Part shown: piece after piece, positions 26,661 to 39,910 of the stretch
How positions within the stretch are numbered: the stretch's first letter is position 1
How the letters are laid out: each line of letters starts with the position of its first letter
Assembly (NCBI RefSeq): GCF_009914755.1
Contig: NC_060932.1
Length of the DNA: 64,000 bases
Strand: one strand, 5' to 3'
Source: the human T2T-CHM13v2.0 reference genome, Homo sapiens
Translations under genes and position numbers: made by a program
Notes under the pieces: generated by a model
Told to the model about the DNA's origin: nothing
Databases searched by the model: none
Seen by the model: the letters and a program-made list of their open reading frames with translations, nothing else

Positions 26661-28549
26661 TTTGGCTTCAAACGCGTAACCCCTGTCCCATGATTCTGGT
26701 ATGCTCCCGTTGAGCATCTTCGTTCTATACCTGGAACATCATGTTCGATAGTTTATATCACATGTAATATCTCTGCAGGTCCACATTCATTCCCATGTAG
26801 CTCTGAAAGCAACTTTTTCAGTTGGTTCAGCACACATTTACTGTGTCCCTATTCGGGCATTACACAAAGTACCAGGGAACCAGAATTGACAAGCCTGTGG
26901 CCCTTGTAATTGAGGAACTTTTAATTTAAAGAAACGTGGTTCAAATTTGGATTAAATTAAGAAACACTTAAGAACGACTAGCTGCAATACATCAGATTTT
27001 TTCATATACAATTATTTGTTCAGACTAAAAACGGAAACATTTTCCTTATGACTGTATAGGGGCTATTCACTATCATTCATCAATCCCTTCTTTATGAATG
27101 GCGAAAAAAATGTTAATACGGCCCTTGCCTAAAGTATCATATATTCTAAAAGAATGCAGTTTGCATCAGAAGATTTCTGCTGTAATTTTAAATGAGTACT
27201 CCTGTATTCTGAGTTTATGAAACGTGATAAAAACCAAGTTCAAGGACAAAGTAAAACCACTCTGTGGACGACACACACCCTTTCCCTTCCCAGGGGCGGT
27301 GTCCACAGAACAGGGCTGTTCGCCACCCCTGGGAAAGTTTTGCTTAACTGGAATATGACTACCTAGCTAGGAGCTGCTGGCAGAATCTTCCTGAACACAG
27401 AGAAAATTAACTTTCAACAGCAGCTTAAAAAGCAATTGTAATTTCTTAAAATCCTCTTACGCCATGTTTAAAAAATGAGACTTAGCAACTTTATTTTTTT
27501 TATTCACTGATTAAGACAATAAAGGTTGTGCTCATTTCAATATTAAGAAATTAAAAGCTCCCTTGAGACTTTCTCTTGCCCTAGGGCAGGTTACATCTGT
27601 CAGCTGCAAACAGGCTGACCAGCTTGCAAGCAGAAATTCTCCCTTGGGCTGCAATATGTCTAACCTCACACTATATTGGCTGAAGCTAAGAATTCAATGA
27701 TTGGGTTTTTTTTTTTTATTATTATATTCAAAGGAAACTAAAAATAAGACTAAAAAATAAAATAAGGGCTATATGAGCAAATGCACTCCAGATACAGTTG
27801 GCTGTGATGCGTTAGCTCCCAGCTCCACATGGTTAAGAATACGCAGTGAAGCTCAAGACAGAGAGAAAAGAAGCTTTTGTCAGTTTCCTTTAAAGCTTAA
27901 AAACGACACGGTGTGAACACACAGAGGACGGCCCACAAAAGGCTGTTTTCCTGTGATACTGTCAGCGTGACGTCTCAAAGCTGCAGGTGATAGCATGCCT
28001 GGCATTCTAGCAGTTTCAGCAACAGCATCTCAACTTCCAAGCAGGCGTCTTCGGAGGACTCTGGCCTCTTCGGTTCTTCTAATTGCCAAGAGAATAACAA
28101 AGAGGAAAAGTAAAACCTGAGTGGAGGTCAGATGGAGGGGTCTCATTCGGGCTGTTTAAGCTGCTTAGCAATGAAGTACAGTCAGGATTTTTTTTTTGAA
28201 AGGAGGAAGGCAAGACGAGAAGGAGGGAGGGAGAAAGGAAAAATGGGTGTGGGGGAGGAGAATTCAAAATAGGCCATAGGTGTTCTTTGCCAAAGCATAA
28301 TTTTCCTTTTTGTCAGGCTCAGAACCAGTGGAAGAACTGGAACTCCCTCAAGAACATAAGCTAATTATACAATTTAAATTTGCATATAATTGGCATGCTT
28401 TCCAGTTCAGACAATAAAAATCCATGTTAACTGGAGTTACAAAAATGGCACTCTACACTGAAAGCAGCACTGTGCATCTCTAAGTATCAAACACTCCTTA
28501 AAATATCTCCAGGAGTTCTCCAGGAGATCATGTTTGCATAGAGGTTGGG

Positions 28550-28700
28550 GACAAGAGGGGCCTGGGCTCTTCTCCTGGTTCTGCCAAACAGCATGACCTT
28601 CAGGAGCTGACCTTGAGGCTTGGCCTTCTCTTCTGTAAGAGGGGGATAAGATATCTACCTCTCAGTGCTGTTTTGAGGAAGAGGTGAAATCATGTATTTG
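28550..28700 (+). mobile_element. MIR fragment
   Basis: CTTCTGTAAGAGGGGGATAAGATATCTACCTCTCAG..TTTTGAGGAAGAGGTGAAAT. Confidence 0.6.
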
Positions 28701-29148
28701 AGATAATACATCACATGGATTCTATTTCAGGAGCACTGCTCTAAACTGTGTTGGTTATTTTTGCGATGTGACGGAATGTCACACTGTGGGAATTATGAGG
28801 TGATGGGGGTTATGCCCAAAGAAGTAGGAGCGTCAAGGGCCTGGCCACTTGCATCCTGTTCCACCCTTTCCTGTCCTCCACCGGCACCCCCCAAACAAGT
28901 GACTTGGGTTTTTCACAGGCCACCCAGATTTTTGGTCCTTGGAAGACCTAGCCTGTTGGCAGACTTTCCATACGAGAGTGTTGGTGGCTCCTGGCCAAGC
29001 GTCCCCGCCACACATGCATACTCCATGTCACAATGTCACAAACCCACAGCAACGGATGGGACCATGGGAAGACCACTATGGGAAGATCCTGGACCCAGGC
29101 TCGGAGGATCATCTTTTTCCTTTGACTTGCTCTATGAAGAAATATCTT

Positions 29149-29437
<289 letters not shown>

Positions 29438-29564
29438 TCTATGAAGAAATATCTTGATTGAGTCTATTAAATCAACCCAAGTGAAAGTCCTGTGTTTCTG
29501 GGAGACAAGGACAAGCACGTGCATGTTGGTGGGGCGAGGAGGGCCTAGGGGTGATGCTGCGTAT

Positions 29565-29760
29565 GCATTCACCCTGTACCAGGCTCCCCTGCATGCTCTA
29601 CACATGCTGTCTGATGTTATCCTCATCACGTCCTCTCTAGAGATCACAGTAGTATCTGCTGCATTTGGTAAGAAGGGTGCTTAGCAAAGGAGAGGAGAGG
29701 CAGTATTTCAACCCAGGCAGTCTGACTCTGGAGCCATGGTTCTCAACCACTCACCAAATC
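29565..29760 (-). mobile_element. MIR
   Basis: ATTTCAACCCAGGCAGTCTGACTCTGGAGCCATGGTTCTCAACCAC. Confidence 0.7.
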
Positions 29761-29859
29761 TGCCATCTTAACTAAAAAGAATTCCATGTCCCCGTGTGAC
29801 AAGAGACCTTACATGATCTCCTTTCTCATGAGGGGAGAGATGAACTTCATTTAAAAACA

Positions 29860-30630
29860 AACGGCCCACAAGCATATGAAAAAGTGCTCATCATCACTAG
29901 TCATCGGAGAAATGCAAATCAAAGGCACAATGAGATATCATCTTACACCAGTCAGAATGGCTACTATTAAAAAGTCAAAAAAATAACAGATGTTGGCAAG
30001 GGTGCAGAAAAAAGGGAATGCTTACACACTGTTGGTGAGAATGTAAATGAGCACAACCTCTACGGAAAACAGTATGGAGATTTCTCAAAGAACTAAAAAT
30101 AGAACTGCCATTCAATCCAGCAATCCCACTGCTGGGCATCTGCCCAAAGGAAAATAAATCATTACATGAAAAAGACACCTGCACTCAGATGTGTATTACA
30201 GCACTACACACTGCAGCAAGGATATGGAATCAACCTAAACATCCTTCAACAGATGAACGGAAAAAGAAAATGTGGCGTATATGTACCATGGAATACTACT
30301 CAGCCATTAAAAAGAAGACAATCATGTCTTTTGCAGCAATGTGGAGAGAACTGGAGGCCATTATGCTAAGTGAAATAACTCAGACACAGAAGGTCAACTA
30401 CTGCATGTTCTATCTTACGGATGGGAGCTAAATATGCAAGAACATAATAGTTACTGGAGACTTGGAAGGGTGGGAGGGTGGGGGAGTGAGGGATGAGAAA
30501 TTACCTAATGGGTACAAGGTACATTATTTGGGTGATATTAACACTAAAAAAGCTCAGACTTCGCCACTACACAATGTATGCATGCAACAGAACTGTACTT
30601 GTGCCCCTTACATTTAAACAAATTAAATTA
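29860..30630 (+). mobile_element. L1PB/L1MA 3' end
   Basis: GAAATGCAAATCAAA..TGAGATATCATCTTACACCAGTCAGAATGGCT; GGGATGAGAAATTACCTAATGGGTACA. Confidence 0.92.
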
Positions 30631-30659
30631 AAACCTGGATTTTTTTATTACCTACTCCT

Positions 30660-30962
30660 CTATTACTTATTTATTTAGAAATACGGTGTTGCTCTGTTGC
30701 CCAGGCTGGATTGTAGTGGTATGCTCACAGCTCACTGCAGGCTTGATTCTGGGTTCCAGCGATCCCTCTGCCTCAGCCTCTTGGGTAGCTGGGGCTACAG
30801 GTATGTGCCACCATGCCTGGCTAATTTTTTAAAAAAAATTTTGGTAGAGACAGGGTTTCACCGCATTGCCCAGGGTGGTCTTAAACTCCTGGGCCGAAGT
30901 GATCTGCCCGTCTCAGCCTCCCGAAGTGCTGGGATTACAAGCATGAGCCACCACGCCCAGCC
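30660..30962 (-). mobile_element. AluJ
   Basis: Diverged Alu dimer. Confidence 0.9.
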
Positions 30963-32040
30963 CATGTTCCTCTTTAAATGTCACTATGCAGATGTAAAGT
31001 CAGAGTGGTGCTAATGAATGATGCTGAGAAGCCCGATTTTTGCACATCTCGTCCCAGGGATGCGACCCTTTCTCCCTGGCCTCTGTTTCCAGACAGTGAG
31101 CCAGTTCTGTCTGTGGTGACACAGTTTTCCTGCTAGTGCTCCTGGTCTCGTGATTACCCTTGAAACAAAATTAGAATGTGGTGTCGAAGCTTGTCAATTT
31201 TTTAATAGAAATTCTAAGAAGTTTATACCTATTGGTTCTTCTTTGCAATCCTATTAACCTACTCAAAGATTCGGTGCATCTCCAGTGTAGCTTAAAGATT
31301 GATGTGATCCTTAATGAAATTCTCAGAATTGATACTTTATCAGGTTTCAGAATGTGATTACCAGGTAGAATAGGCATTACAATAAAAATGTAAGGAGCAA
31401 GCAAGAATTTTGATTAAAATGTAAGCTATCCTATACTTCAGGTGCTGGGGTGTTTAGACCAATGACAATTCCTGCTCTGTGCCTCACTCTGTGCCCCACC
31501 ATTTCCTGGGATCCAGAGTCTTCTCTTCTCTTGCCTACAGAATCCTGCCACTCACAACCCCACCCCAGAAATTCAAACGCACCCCGTGCAAACCCGGAGA
31601 CATTCTCCTTCCTTTCCCAAAGCGGTTGGTCTTCGCTGTCCCCTCTCTTGGCACACGGCATCATTTGCTACCTCTCCTCCAGGCTACACATTTCATTGCC
31701 ATCATCAACTCTCCCCATCCAATGTCCATAGCAAGTCCTAATTGTAAAGCAAAGCTTGACAGTTCATCCAGAATGGTTCACAAATCCACCTCCACCCTCA
31801 TCGCCACCTCTAAGGCTCAGCCATCACCCACCTTTGTCTGGACTGCTGCCACAACCCTCCACCTGCCCTTACTGGCTCATGTCATGACCCTAAAATCTAC
31901 CTCACCCTGCCCAGGACCCAGGGGAGCTGATGAAAGTCTGATGGTGAGAACGTGGGCGTTTCACATCCACCTCTGGTTGTGAGATGCCAGTTCTTGTTCA
32001 TCACATTTGCAAGAACACAAAGAAAATGTCACATAGTCTA

Positions 32041-32352
32041 GGCTGGGCATGGTGGCTTCTGCCTACACTCCCAGCACTTTAGAAGGCCGAGGCGGGAAGA
32101 TCACTTGAGTCCCGGAGTTCAAGATCAGCCTGGGTAACACAGTGAACCTCACCTCCACAAAAAATAAAAAAATTAGCCAAGTGTGGTGACACACACCTGT
32201 GGCCTCAGCTATTTGGGAGACCGAGATGGAAGGATTACATGAGCCCAGAAGGCTGAGGCCACAGGGAGCCCAGAAGATCAAGGCCACAGGCAGCTGAGAT
32301 CATGCCACTGCACTCTAGCCTGGTTGAGAGAGTGAGGCCTGTTTCAAAAAAG
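32041..32352 (+). mobile_element. AluJ with an internal 25-bp tandem duplication (32241-32290)
   Basis: GGCTGGGCATGGTGGCT start; GAGCCCAGAAG..AGGCCACAGG x2. Confidence 0.92.
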
Positions 32353-32764
32353 AGAAGATCACGTCTGACAAGGCAAGACTCAGGGCCATCCTAGCATGGG
32401 CCTCATCTTGGTTCCTAGGGCCTAGAAAGTGGGCCAAACAACATGACTTTTCAGAAATATGGAAAATTGCACTTTTTGGAGAAATCAAAGGAACAAGCAC
32501 AGAGCAGGGGAGATATGGCTTATCTGTGAAAACCCACCTTTTGTGTTTGAAAGTAGGTTGTCCGTTTAACTTATGCCAGGAGGGAAAAGAGAGCAACAGA
32601 CTGGCCAGCACCAAGGAGACGCCTCCAATACACCCAGGACTCTGTGGCCCCCATTCCTGTCTGCACCAACACCCTGGATGTAACCCCCAGCCTGCCTATT
32701 CTTGAACATCCCCAACACCCATCTCCCCTTCTTTGCTTTCATTACCTGAAAGGATGCCCCACTT

Positions 32765-32960
32765 TCCTGCATGACCTTGCTCAAGTCACTTAGCCTTTCT
32801 GTACTTGGATTTGCTCATCTCTAAAATGAAAGTGACAATATCATCTTGTAGAAGTAGCTGAAAGGTCACATTCTTCAAGAAGCAAATAGCCTCATTTTCC
32901 AGATGAAGAACACAGGTTCAGAGAGGTTAAGGAACTTGCCCAAGGTCACACAGCCCACAA
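32765..32960. mobile_element. Two adjacent MIR fragments in opposite orientation
   Basis: TGACCTTGCTCAAGTCACTTAGCC..CTCATCTCTAAAATG, then CATTTTCCAGATGAAGAA..AGAGAGGTTAAGGAACTTGCCCAAGGTCACACAGC. Confidence 0.75.
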
Positions 32961-33262
32961 GCTGCCGTGACTGCAAGGGACCTCCCTCAGCCCACCACGG
33001 TAGACTTTCTGCGAGACCATTGCTGTGAACACACACTCTCTCCCGCCACTGCCCGACACAAGTGTGTGAGCCTGGGAGTCGGATACAGGGAGAGTCACGC
33101 TTCTCCCCTTACTGGGAAAGAGCAGGAAATAAACTCTTTAGTTCCCACTAATGGGTTCTGACCCCATCAGCTCATGGAAAGCACACTCACTGCAGGCAGC
33201 CCTACCCTGGAGGACAGATGGTGAATAGCCAGTCTCAGTCTCCTCTGCCCCTCGTGATCCAT

Positions 33263-33500
33263 CACATGTGTGTGTGTGAGCACATGTGAGCATGTGTGTG
33301 TGCACTGTGAGTACAGCGTGTATGTGAACATGTGTGAATATTGTGTATGTGTGAGTACATGGGTGTGTGAGCATGTCTGATTACGTGTGAGCACATGGGT
33401 GTACGCGAGCATGTGTGTATGTGATTACATGTGTGAGCACATGGGTGTGTGTGAACACACGTGTGTGATTGTGTGTGTGAGCACATGGTTGTGTATGCAT
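33263..33500. repeat. Degenerate TG-rich minisatellite (GTGTGTGAGCACATG-like units)
   Basis: Repeated TGAGCACATG(G/T)GTG blocks. Confidence 0.9.
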
Positions 33501-35269
33501 TCTTCCTCCAAGGTCATCTCCAAGCCTCACCTCTCTGCTCCCACTCCCATCACTCACTCTGGCACTCTGATCAGCATCCAGTGGTAAAGGTCTACCCTAA
33601 ATAGTTATGGATATGGGGTCCTTAGTAGTCCAAGTTCCAGAGAAAGGAAAGTGACAGCTGAGGTGTCAGGGTAAAAAGAAGGAAAAAAAAATGCCGGGCA
33701 TGTAACTCACATTTTATTCTCTCTCTCTCTTTAAGAATCTGGCAGAGAGCTCATCTTCCTTCTGCCATGATGGAACAGCAGTGACTTGGCGACCATCTCG
33801 CGCCAGATGTCCCCTCATCTGGCTGTCTTGGCTGGGTGGTGGTTTGGAATGAGCTGCCCAAACATGGAGGGAGGGGCAGGTGCTCCGGCAGGGCGATGGG
33901 TGGCCGAGCTGGGTGGCCTGGCAATACTCTGATCCTGCAGCTGCAGCTCCCCACCTAGGCACAGGGTTGACAGAGGGGAGAGGCACTCTCTCCCAGAGGG
34001 AGGCTGGGCTCGGTGACCTGGCACATGGTCACTGTGGCATAGACATGTCTTGCTATTTTGTGAAGAGAACAGGCTTCCGGTGCACTTGGGCTCTCATGGA
34101 CACTGGAGCGGTGGCCACGAGTCTCTCCTGTCCGACATCCACCAGACCACACTCCGGGAAACAGATGAGAGGGAGCACAGGGTGGCCCAGGCCCCACATC
34201 TGGAGCCTGTGACTGTGGCCTAAGGCAGCTCGGCCATCGTGGGTTCTGTCCAGGCCAAGCCCAAAGCCATCGTGGGGAGCAGTGGGTGCACAGCTGTGCC
34301 GCTTACCACACACACTAGCAAGGAGACTGGGGAGGATGCCGTGCTTGGGAAGTGGGACACGCCACATCCATGGTCTGGCGGCCAAAAATGGAAGGGTCCC
34401 AGTGAGGTGGGTGGCCTGGGGGAAATGGGCCTGCGACTCTGGAATAAGCCCTCTGGCTGCCCCTGAAACCCCAGGCAGGTGCCACGAGAAGGCACGGAGG
34501 GCCGGGCTGTGTTTGTGTACACATCAGTGTGTGCGAGGGAGGGCGGCGCGGCAGCACAGCCTGCCAGCAAGCCCATTTTGGTCACCATCTGCCATGGAGA
34601 GCCCGCGCACCTGTCAGAAGCAGCTGCTGACGGCAGATCGTAGGTGAGGGAGGGAGCGGCCGCCCGGGATGGCCTATTGCAGGAGCGAGGGCCACCCCGC
34701 AGGAATGCCAACTGTTCACTTTGAAGCCATCCACGTGGGCGGGCGTGATGGATCCCACACCCGCCTGCCCCTCCCCACGGAGGGTTGGGGGGTGGTGACG
34801 GGATCGTCACTTCCCTGCCTCCCTGGCAGCAAGCTTGACTGTCGTTTGTCACGGGGCTGGGGAGAAAGGCATCTAGTGTTGTCAGGAAAAGAAAGATTCC
34901 AGGGGGACGCTTCTCTGGAGGTGGGAGCCCAGATGCCCCTGGGGAAGGTCCCTGCCTTGCTATTTGTGGAGGAGGAGCAGCACCGTCTCACTTTCCCGGC
35001 ATTGTGGGGAAATGAGGTGACCTCTCCACGTGGACCAGGGGCCGAGGTGATGCATTGTGACATGCGGAGGGCACCCCCTAGATCCTTTGAAGCATTTTCC
35101 GAAGTCTACTTCATCAACATAAAATAAAAGCCTTTTATGTTAATATGATATATAATGACATATAATGAGAAATCTTTCCTACAGTGAGCAACAGTCCCCC
35201 GCCCAACACATTTTAATTACGTCATTGTCATCTCTTAAATGCTCATGGGTCACGGCTATTTTATTACTG

Positions 35270-35420
35270 TATTTCTTTAATCCTCATACAATCCTCTGTG
35301 AGTGGTGCGGTCTCATCCCTGTGCACCAGATGGGAAGCCTAGGTCCTGAAGAGGTGAGGCAACTCAGCAGGGACACACGGCCTGGGCATGCAGAGCCAGG
35401 ACTCACGTCCCGCCCGTCTG
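35270..35420 (-). mobile_element. MIR
   Basis: TTTAATCCTCATACAATCCTCTGTGAG..CAGATGGGAAGCCTAGG..GAGGTGAGGCAACT. Confidence 0.7.
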
Positions 35421-37109
35421 CCTCAGCCTGAGCCTGGAAGCCACCGGCATCGCTGCTACATCTTCCCATGTGTGTCTCACACCAGTTTCAACTTTGTAAG
35501 GCCTCAGTAGAGCCCACAGTTGTGCAAAGCACCCATGAGCCAGGCCTCTGTGGGCCACAGACACACACGAGGCACAAGCTGGAGACTGTTGGGGAATGCT
35601 TTTCCCCACGGGACACCTGATGGCCTGCCTTCCTCTTCAGTGCCGCGGACCACCTTCCCCAGCGAGCACCTCCAGAGCCCCAGCGGCAATTCTCTCACCC
35701 AGGCTCTCTAGTCCCAGCCAGGGCCTAGCCATCCAGGACCCATGAACCTCTCCCTTCCTGTGGCCCTGGAGAAGGGATCCCATCATCCCAGCTTCCAGCA
35801 AGTATGGCATGAGCATGTGGAGCTAGGTAAGGCCCGGCACCTGCCTTCCCACACAGCACGACAGGGCTTTTTCTCGTTGGCTGGGTTGATGTCATTTTTC
35901 TCCTGGGACATCACTCAGGGAGGCACCTTGCTTCTGAAGCCTTCCCATCTGCCACCCACTCTGCTGAAAGCTGTTTCGTTAGTCTCAGGTGCCAAGTTTC
36001 CGGAAGCTTCTCTGGTGCATTTGGAGGGCCTTCTCCAAGCCAGCCCTGGGACATTTTAATCTGTGGCTTATAATTTGTGGGGACTGGTAAACAAGAATCT
36101 CAAGCTTCGTACGTGTGAGTGCCTAAAACCAGAGCCAAGACAGGTGTCAAGCACCCTGGCTTTTGTGCATGAACTTGGCTACATAACTTCTGGTTGCTTA
36201 GAAGCTGTCTTCTCTTCCAGTTTTCAGATACTCCTTTGGCCATGGCTTCAATGGTAGGCATGGTGTATGTTTCTCAGAAGTAAATGCCTCCAAATAGCAG
36301 GAGAATCAGGGTCATTACCCATGTTGGGACCCTTCAGTACAGGGAAAATACAATTTTGTGCTTAAATCTCAAGTCTGGAAAGTCTCCTACTGATTCCACA
36401 TTGCAAAGCAAATAACTGCAAATACTATGCAAAAGTATCACTGCACTATACTTTTGAGAAGAGCTTGGCCATCTGCAACTAAACCTTCCACCCAAAGGGC
36501 ATTTCCCAATGCTACTGTGACTGTCTCTGTGTCGGGACAGTTTCTTTCCATTGTGGATACTCCTTCACCTCTCCCTATCCCTCTCCCCGAGCTAGCAGCC
36601 ATTGTTGGAAATGCGTGCTATAGAGTGCCTGGGCTCCCAGCTGCCTCCAGTGGGCATCTTGGGCTATGGGGGCACTGGATGCTTGCGTCATTGGAATGAT
36701 CATGCACAAAATGCAGCCTCAGGGCTCCCCTCTCCAGGGAAAACTGTGGGTGAGTGGGAGCTGCAAGTGGAGGAAAGACTTCCAGGCCAGAAAGCAGCTG
36801 CTGGCTGTCGAGGAAGAACCACATTTGGCGTTCAGCATCAGAGGCCTGTCACGGTTCTCTGTCCCCTGCCCAGGCAGGAGCTGGAATAGGAGGCCAGGGT
36901 CCCTCCAGGGGTAGGCTCAGCCCCCTAGAGAGCTTCTGTCCAGTTTGGGAGCAATACCTTCATAGCCAAATGTTTAGAGGTGGGAGGGGATGAATCCCTG
37001 GGTGACAGGCATCGCACAGGGAGTGGACAGGAACCCTCAGCAATGTTCACGATCGAAATGCACTAGGAGAGCTAAGGGAACCCAATGCTCAGGGTCTGCC
37101 TGCCTTCCT

Positions 37110-38495
37110 TTACATTTTTTTCTATTATGGTAAAATATATGTAACATAATATTTACTATTTTAGGCATTGTAAGTATACAATTAAATGCATTAAGTACAT
37201 TTACAGTGCTGTGCAACCATCACCACTATCCATTTTCAAAAACTGTCATCATCCGACAGAAATTCTTTACCCATTAGATAATAACTCCCCCTTTCCTCAG
37301 CCCCTGGGAACCTCTATTCCATTTTCTATCTCTATGAATTTGACTACTCTAGGTCCTCATATAAGAGGAATCATACAGTATTTGTCTTTTTGTAACTGGC
37401 TTATTTCATTTAGCTTGATGTCCTCAAGGTTCGCCCATCTGTAGCACATGTCAGAATTTTCTTCCCTTTTCAGGCTGTAGTCCATTGCGTATCTATAAGT
37501 CACATTTTTTTTTACCCATTCATCTGATGACGGGCACTTAAGTTGCTTCCACTTTTTGGCTATTGTAAATAATACTGCTAAGAACACAGGCGTACAGGTT
37601 TGAATCCCTGCTTTCAATTCCGCTGGATATATACATAGGCGTGAGATTGCTGCAGGATACAGCAATTCTACGTTTAACTTCTTGAGGAACTGTCTAACTG
37701 TTTCCACAGTGGCTGTACCATTTACCATTCCCAGTAGCAATGCACAAGGGTTCCAATTTCTCCACATCCTCACAAACACTTATTATTCTCTGTTTTGTTT
37801 TGTTTTGATAATAGCCATCCTAATGGGTCTGAAGTGGTTTCTCACTGTAGTTTTGATTTGCATTGCCTCAGTGACTCATGATTCTGAGGATCCTTTCACG
37901 TGCTTATTAAGCATTTGAATTTCTGCTTTGGAGAAATGTCTATTCAAAGTCCCTTGCCCATTTTTCAAGGGGGTTACTTTCTTTGTGGTTGTTGAGTTGT
38001 ATGGGTTTTAAAAATATTTTCTGGACATTAATCCCTTATCAGATATATGATTTGCTAACATTTTCTGTGACTCTGTGGGTTGTTTTTTTTTTATATTCTT
38101 GATAGTGTCCACTGATGTGTAAAAGTTTTTAAATTTGATGAAATCCAATTTCTTTTTTTCTTGTGTTGTCTGTGCTTTTGGTGTCATATCCAAGACACCA
38201 GTACCAACTCCATCAGAGATCTGCATTAAATCCATTGCAAATCCAGTGAAGACTTTCCTCTATGTTTTCCTGAGACGGATTTATCGTTTTAGCTCTTATA
38301 TTTAGGTCTTTGATCCATTTTGAGTTAATTGTTGTGTATGGTGTGAGGTAAGGATCCAGCTTCATTCTTTTAGTTACATTCACTCACAAACCTGGAGATC
38401 CAGTTGTCCCAGCACCATCTGTTGAAAAGTCTGTCCTTTCCCCACTGAATGGCTTGGCACTCTTGTCAAAAATCAATTGACCACAGATGTGAGGG
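37110..38495 (-). mobile_element. L1MB-like 3' ~1.4 kb
   Basis: TGGTAAAATATATGTAACATAA, TTTCTCCACATCCTCACAAACAC, TTTGGAGAAATGTCTATTCA, CCCAGCACCATCTGTTGAAAA. Confidence 0.93.
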
Positions 38496-38818
38496 TTCAG
38501 CCTTCCTGTCTAACACTACCCATTATGCTTCTCCTCCTGCCACCACCTCAGCAACCAGACTCCCCTGAGAGGCTAACAGCCTCCATGCCCTACATCTCTC
38601 GGTCAGCTTGTTACAGCCTCAAGGCAGCAGCCCCAGAAAGCAGGTGCACCATCCCAAGTCAGCATGGACCAATATCTGTCTTTGTCCTTTGTCATACCTG
38701 TTCTCACTCCTGCTTCTCCTCCCAGCAGTCACATGGGGAGTCAATAGGCTTGATATCCCCAGCCCCAGCTCTCATTCATCCACCGTGTATCTTTCCCTAC
38801 ACACTACACGCTACACAC

Positions 38819-38846
38819 TACACACACACACACACACACACACACA
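38819..38846. repeat. (CA)n microsatellite
   Basis: ~13 CA units. Confidence 0.95.
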
Positions 38847-39441
38847 GAGCCTGAATAGGTCATAGGCCATGGAGTCCTCCTGACCTTCTCTCTGATTTAT
38901 TTTTTTCTTGTCTCCTCCCCTCCACCCTCTCCACTGTAACCCAGGCCCTCATCATTTCCCACTCTTAGCCCCTCTCCCTGCCCCAGCCCGATCCCATTCC
39001 AGCCTGGCCTCCACAATTCCTCCAGAGTGATCACGTAACATGCAAGTCTGACTTTGTCTCTGCAGCTTAGAGCTTTTCAAAGATTCTCCATTTCTACGAC
39101 AATGGTTTATCACCTACCTCCCACCTTCACACACACACACCTTTAGAGACACTGAAATGGCTGCTAGTCCCTAAACAATCCATATTCATTTTAACCTTCA
39201 TGCCTTCCCACATTACCTGCCCCTTGTCAGGAAAGGCCTCACTCCCATGCCTCATCTTATTCTTCCAAAGCGGCTCCAACAGCTCTCCCTTTCTGACAAG
39301 TTCCATGCTGCCCCCAAGACCATCCATCTAAAGCAGAGCTGGTGTCCTTCACCTGTGCTGCAAATCCTTGCGGTTTGTTAGTGACAGCAATAACAGCACT
39401 AATCAATGCTACAGCCGCCACCATAACCACCTCCACTGCCG

Positions 39442-39502
39442 TCCATTGCACCCTCCTATGTAGCGCTACCACCATCCATTGCACCCTCCTATATAGGGCT
39501 AC
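39442..39502. repeat. 33-bp-period tandem duplication
   Basis: TCCATTGCACCCTCCTAT(G/A)TAG(C/G)GCTAC x2. Confidence 0.9.
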
Positions 39503-39514
39503 AGGGAAGCCTAT

Positions 39515-39910
39515 TGTGTTAGGCCATTTTTGTGTTGCTATAAATAAATATCAGAGGCTGGGTAATTTGTAAAGAAAAGAGGTTGAATTGGCTTGTGGTT
39601 CTGCTGGCTATATAAGCATGGTGCTGGCATCTGCTCGGCTTCTGGTGAGGCCTCAGGGGGTTTTTACTTATGGCTGAAGGCAAAGTGGTAGCAGGTGCAC
39701 GGCCAGAGCAGGAACAAAAGAGACCGGAGAGGCACCACACCCTCACGTGAACTAACTGACTGGCAACTCACTCATCACCAAGGAGATGGCGCTAAGCCAT
39801 TCAGGAGGGATCTGTCCCCTGATCCTATACCTGGCACCAGGCCCACCGCCAACACTGGAGGTCACATTTTAACATGAGTTTTGGAGGAGACAAACATCCA
39901 AACCATATCA
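39515..39910 (-). mobile_element. MSTB-like solo LTR
   Basis: TGTGTTAGGCC...CAAACCATATCA; perfect 5-bp TSD CCTAT. Confidence 0.93.

Noticed and set aside
34220-34852. 210-aa ORF on the minus strand
   Set aside because: Explained by local high GC content; low-complexity P/A/G/R composition.
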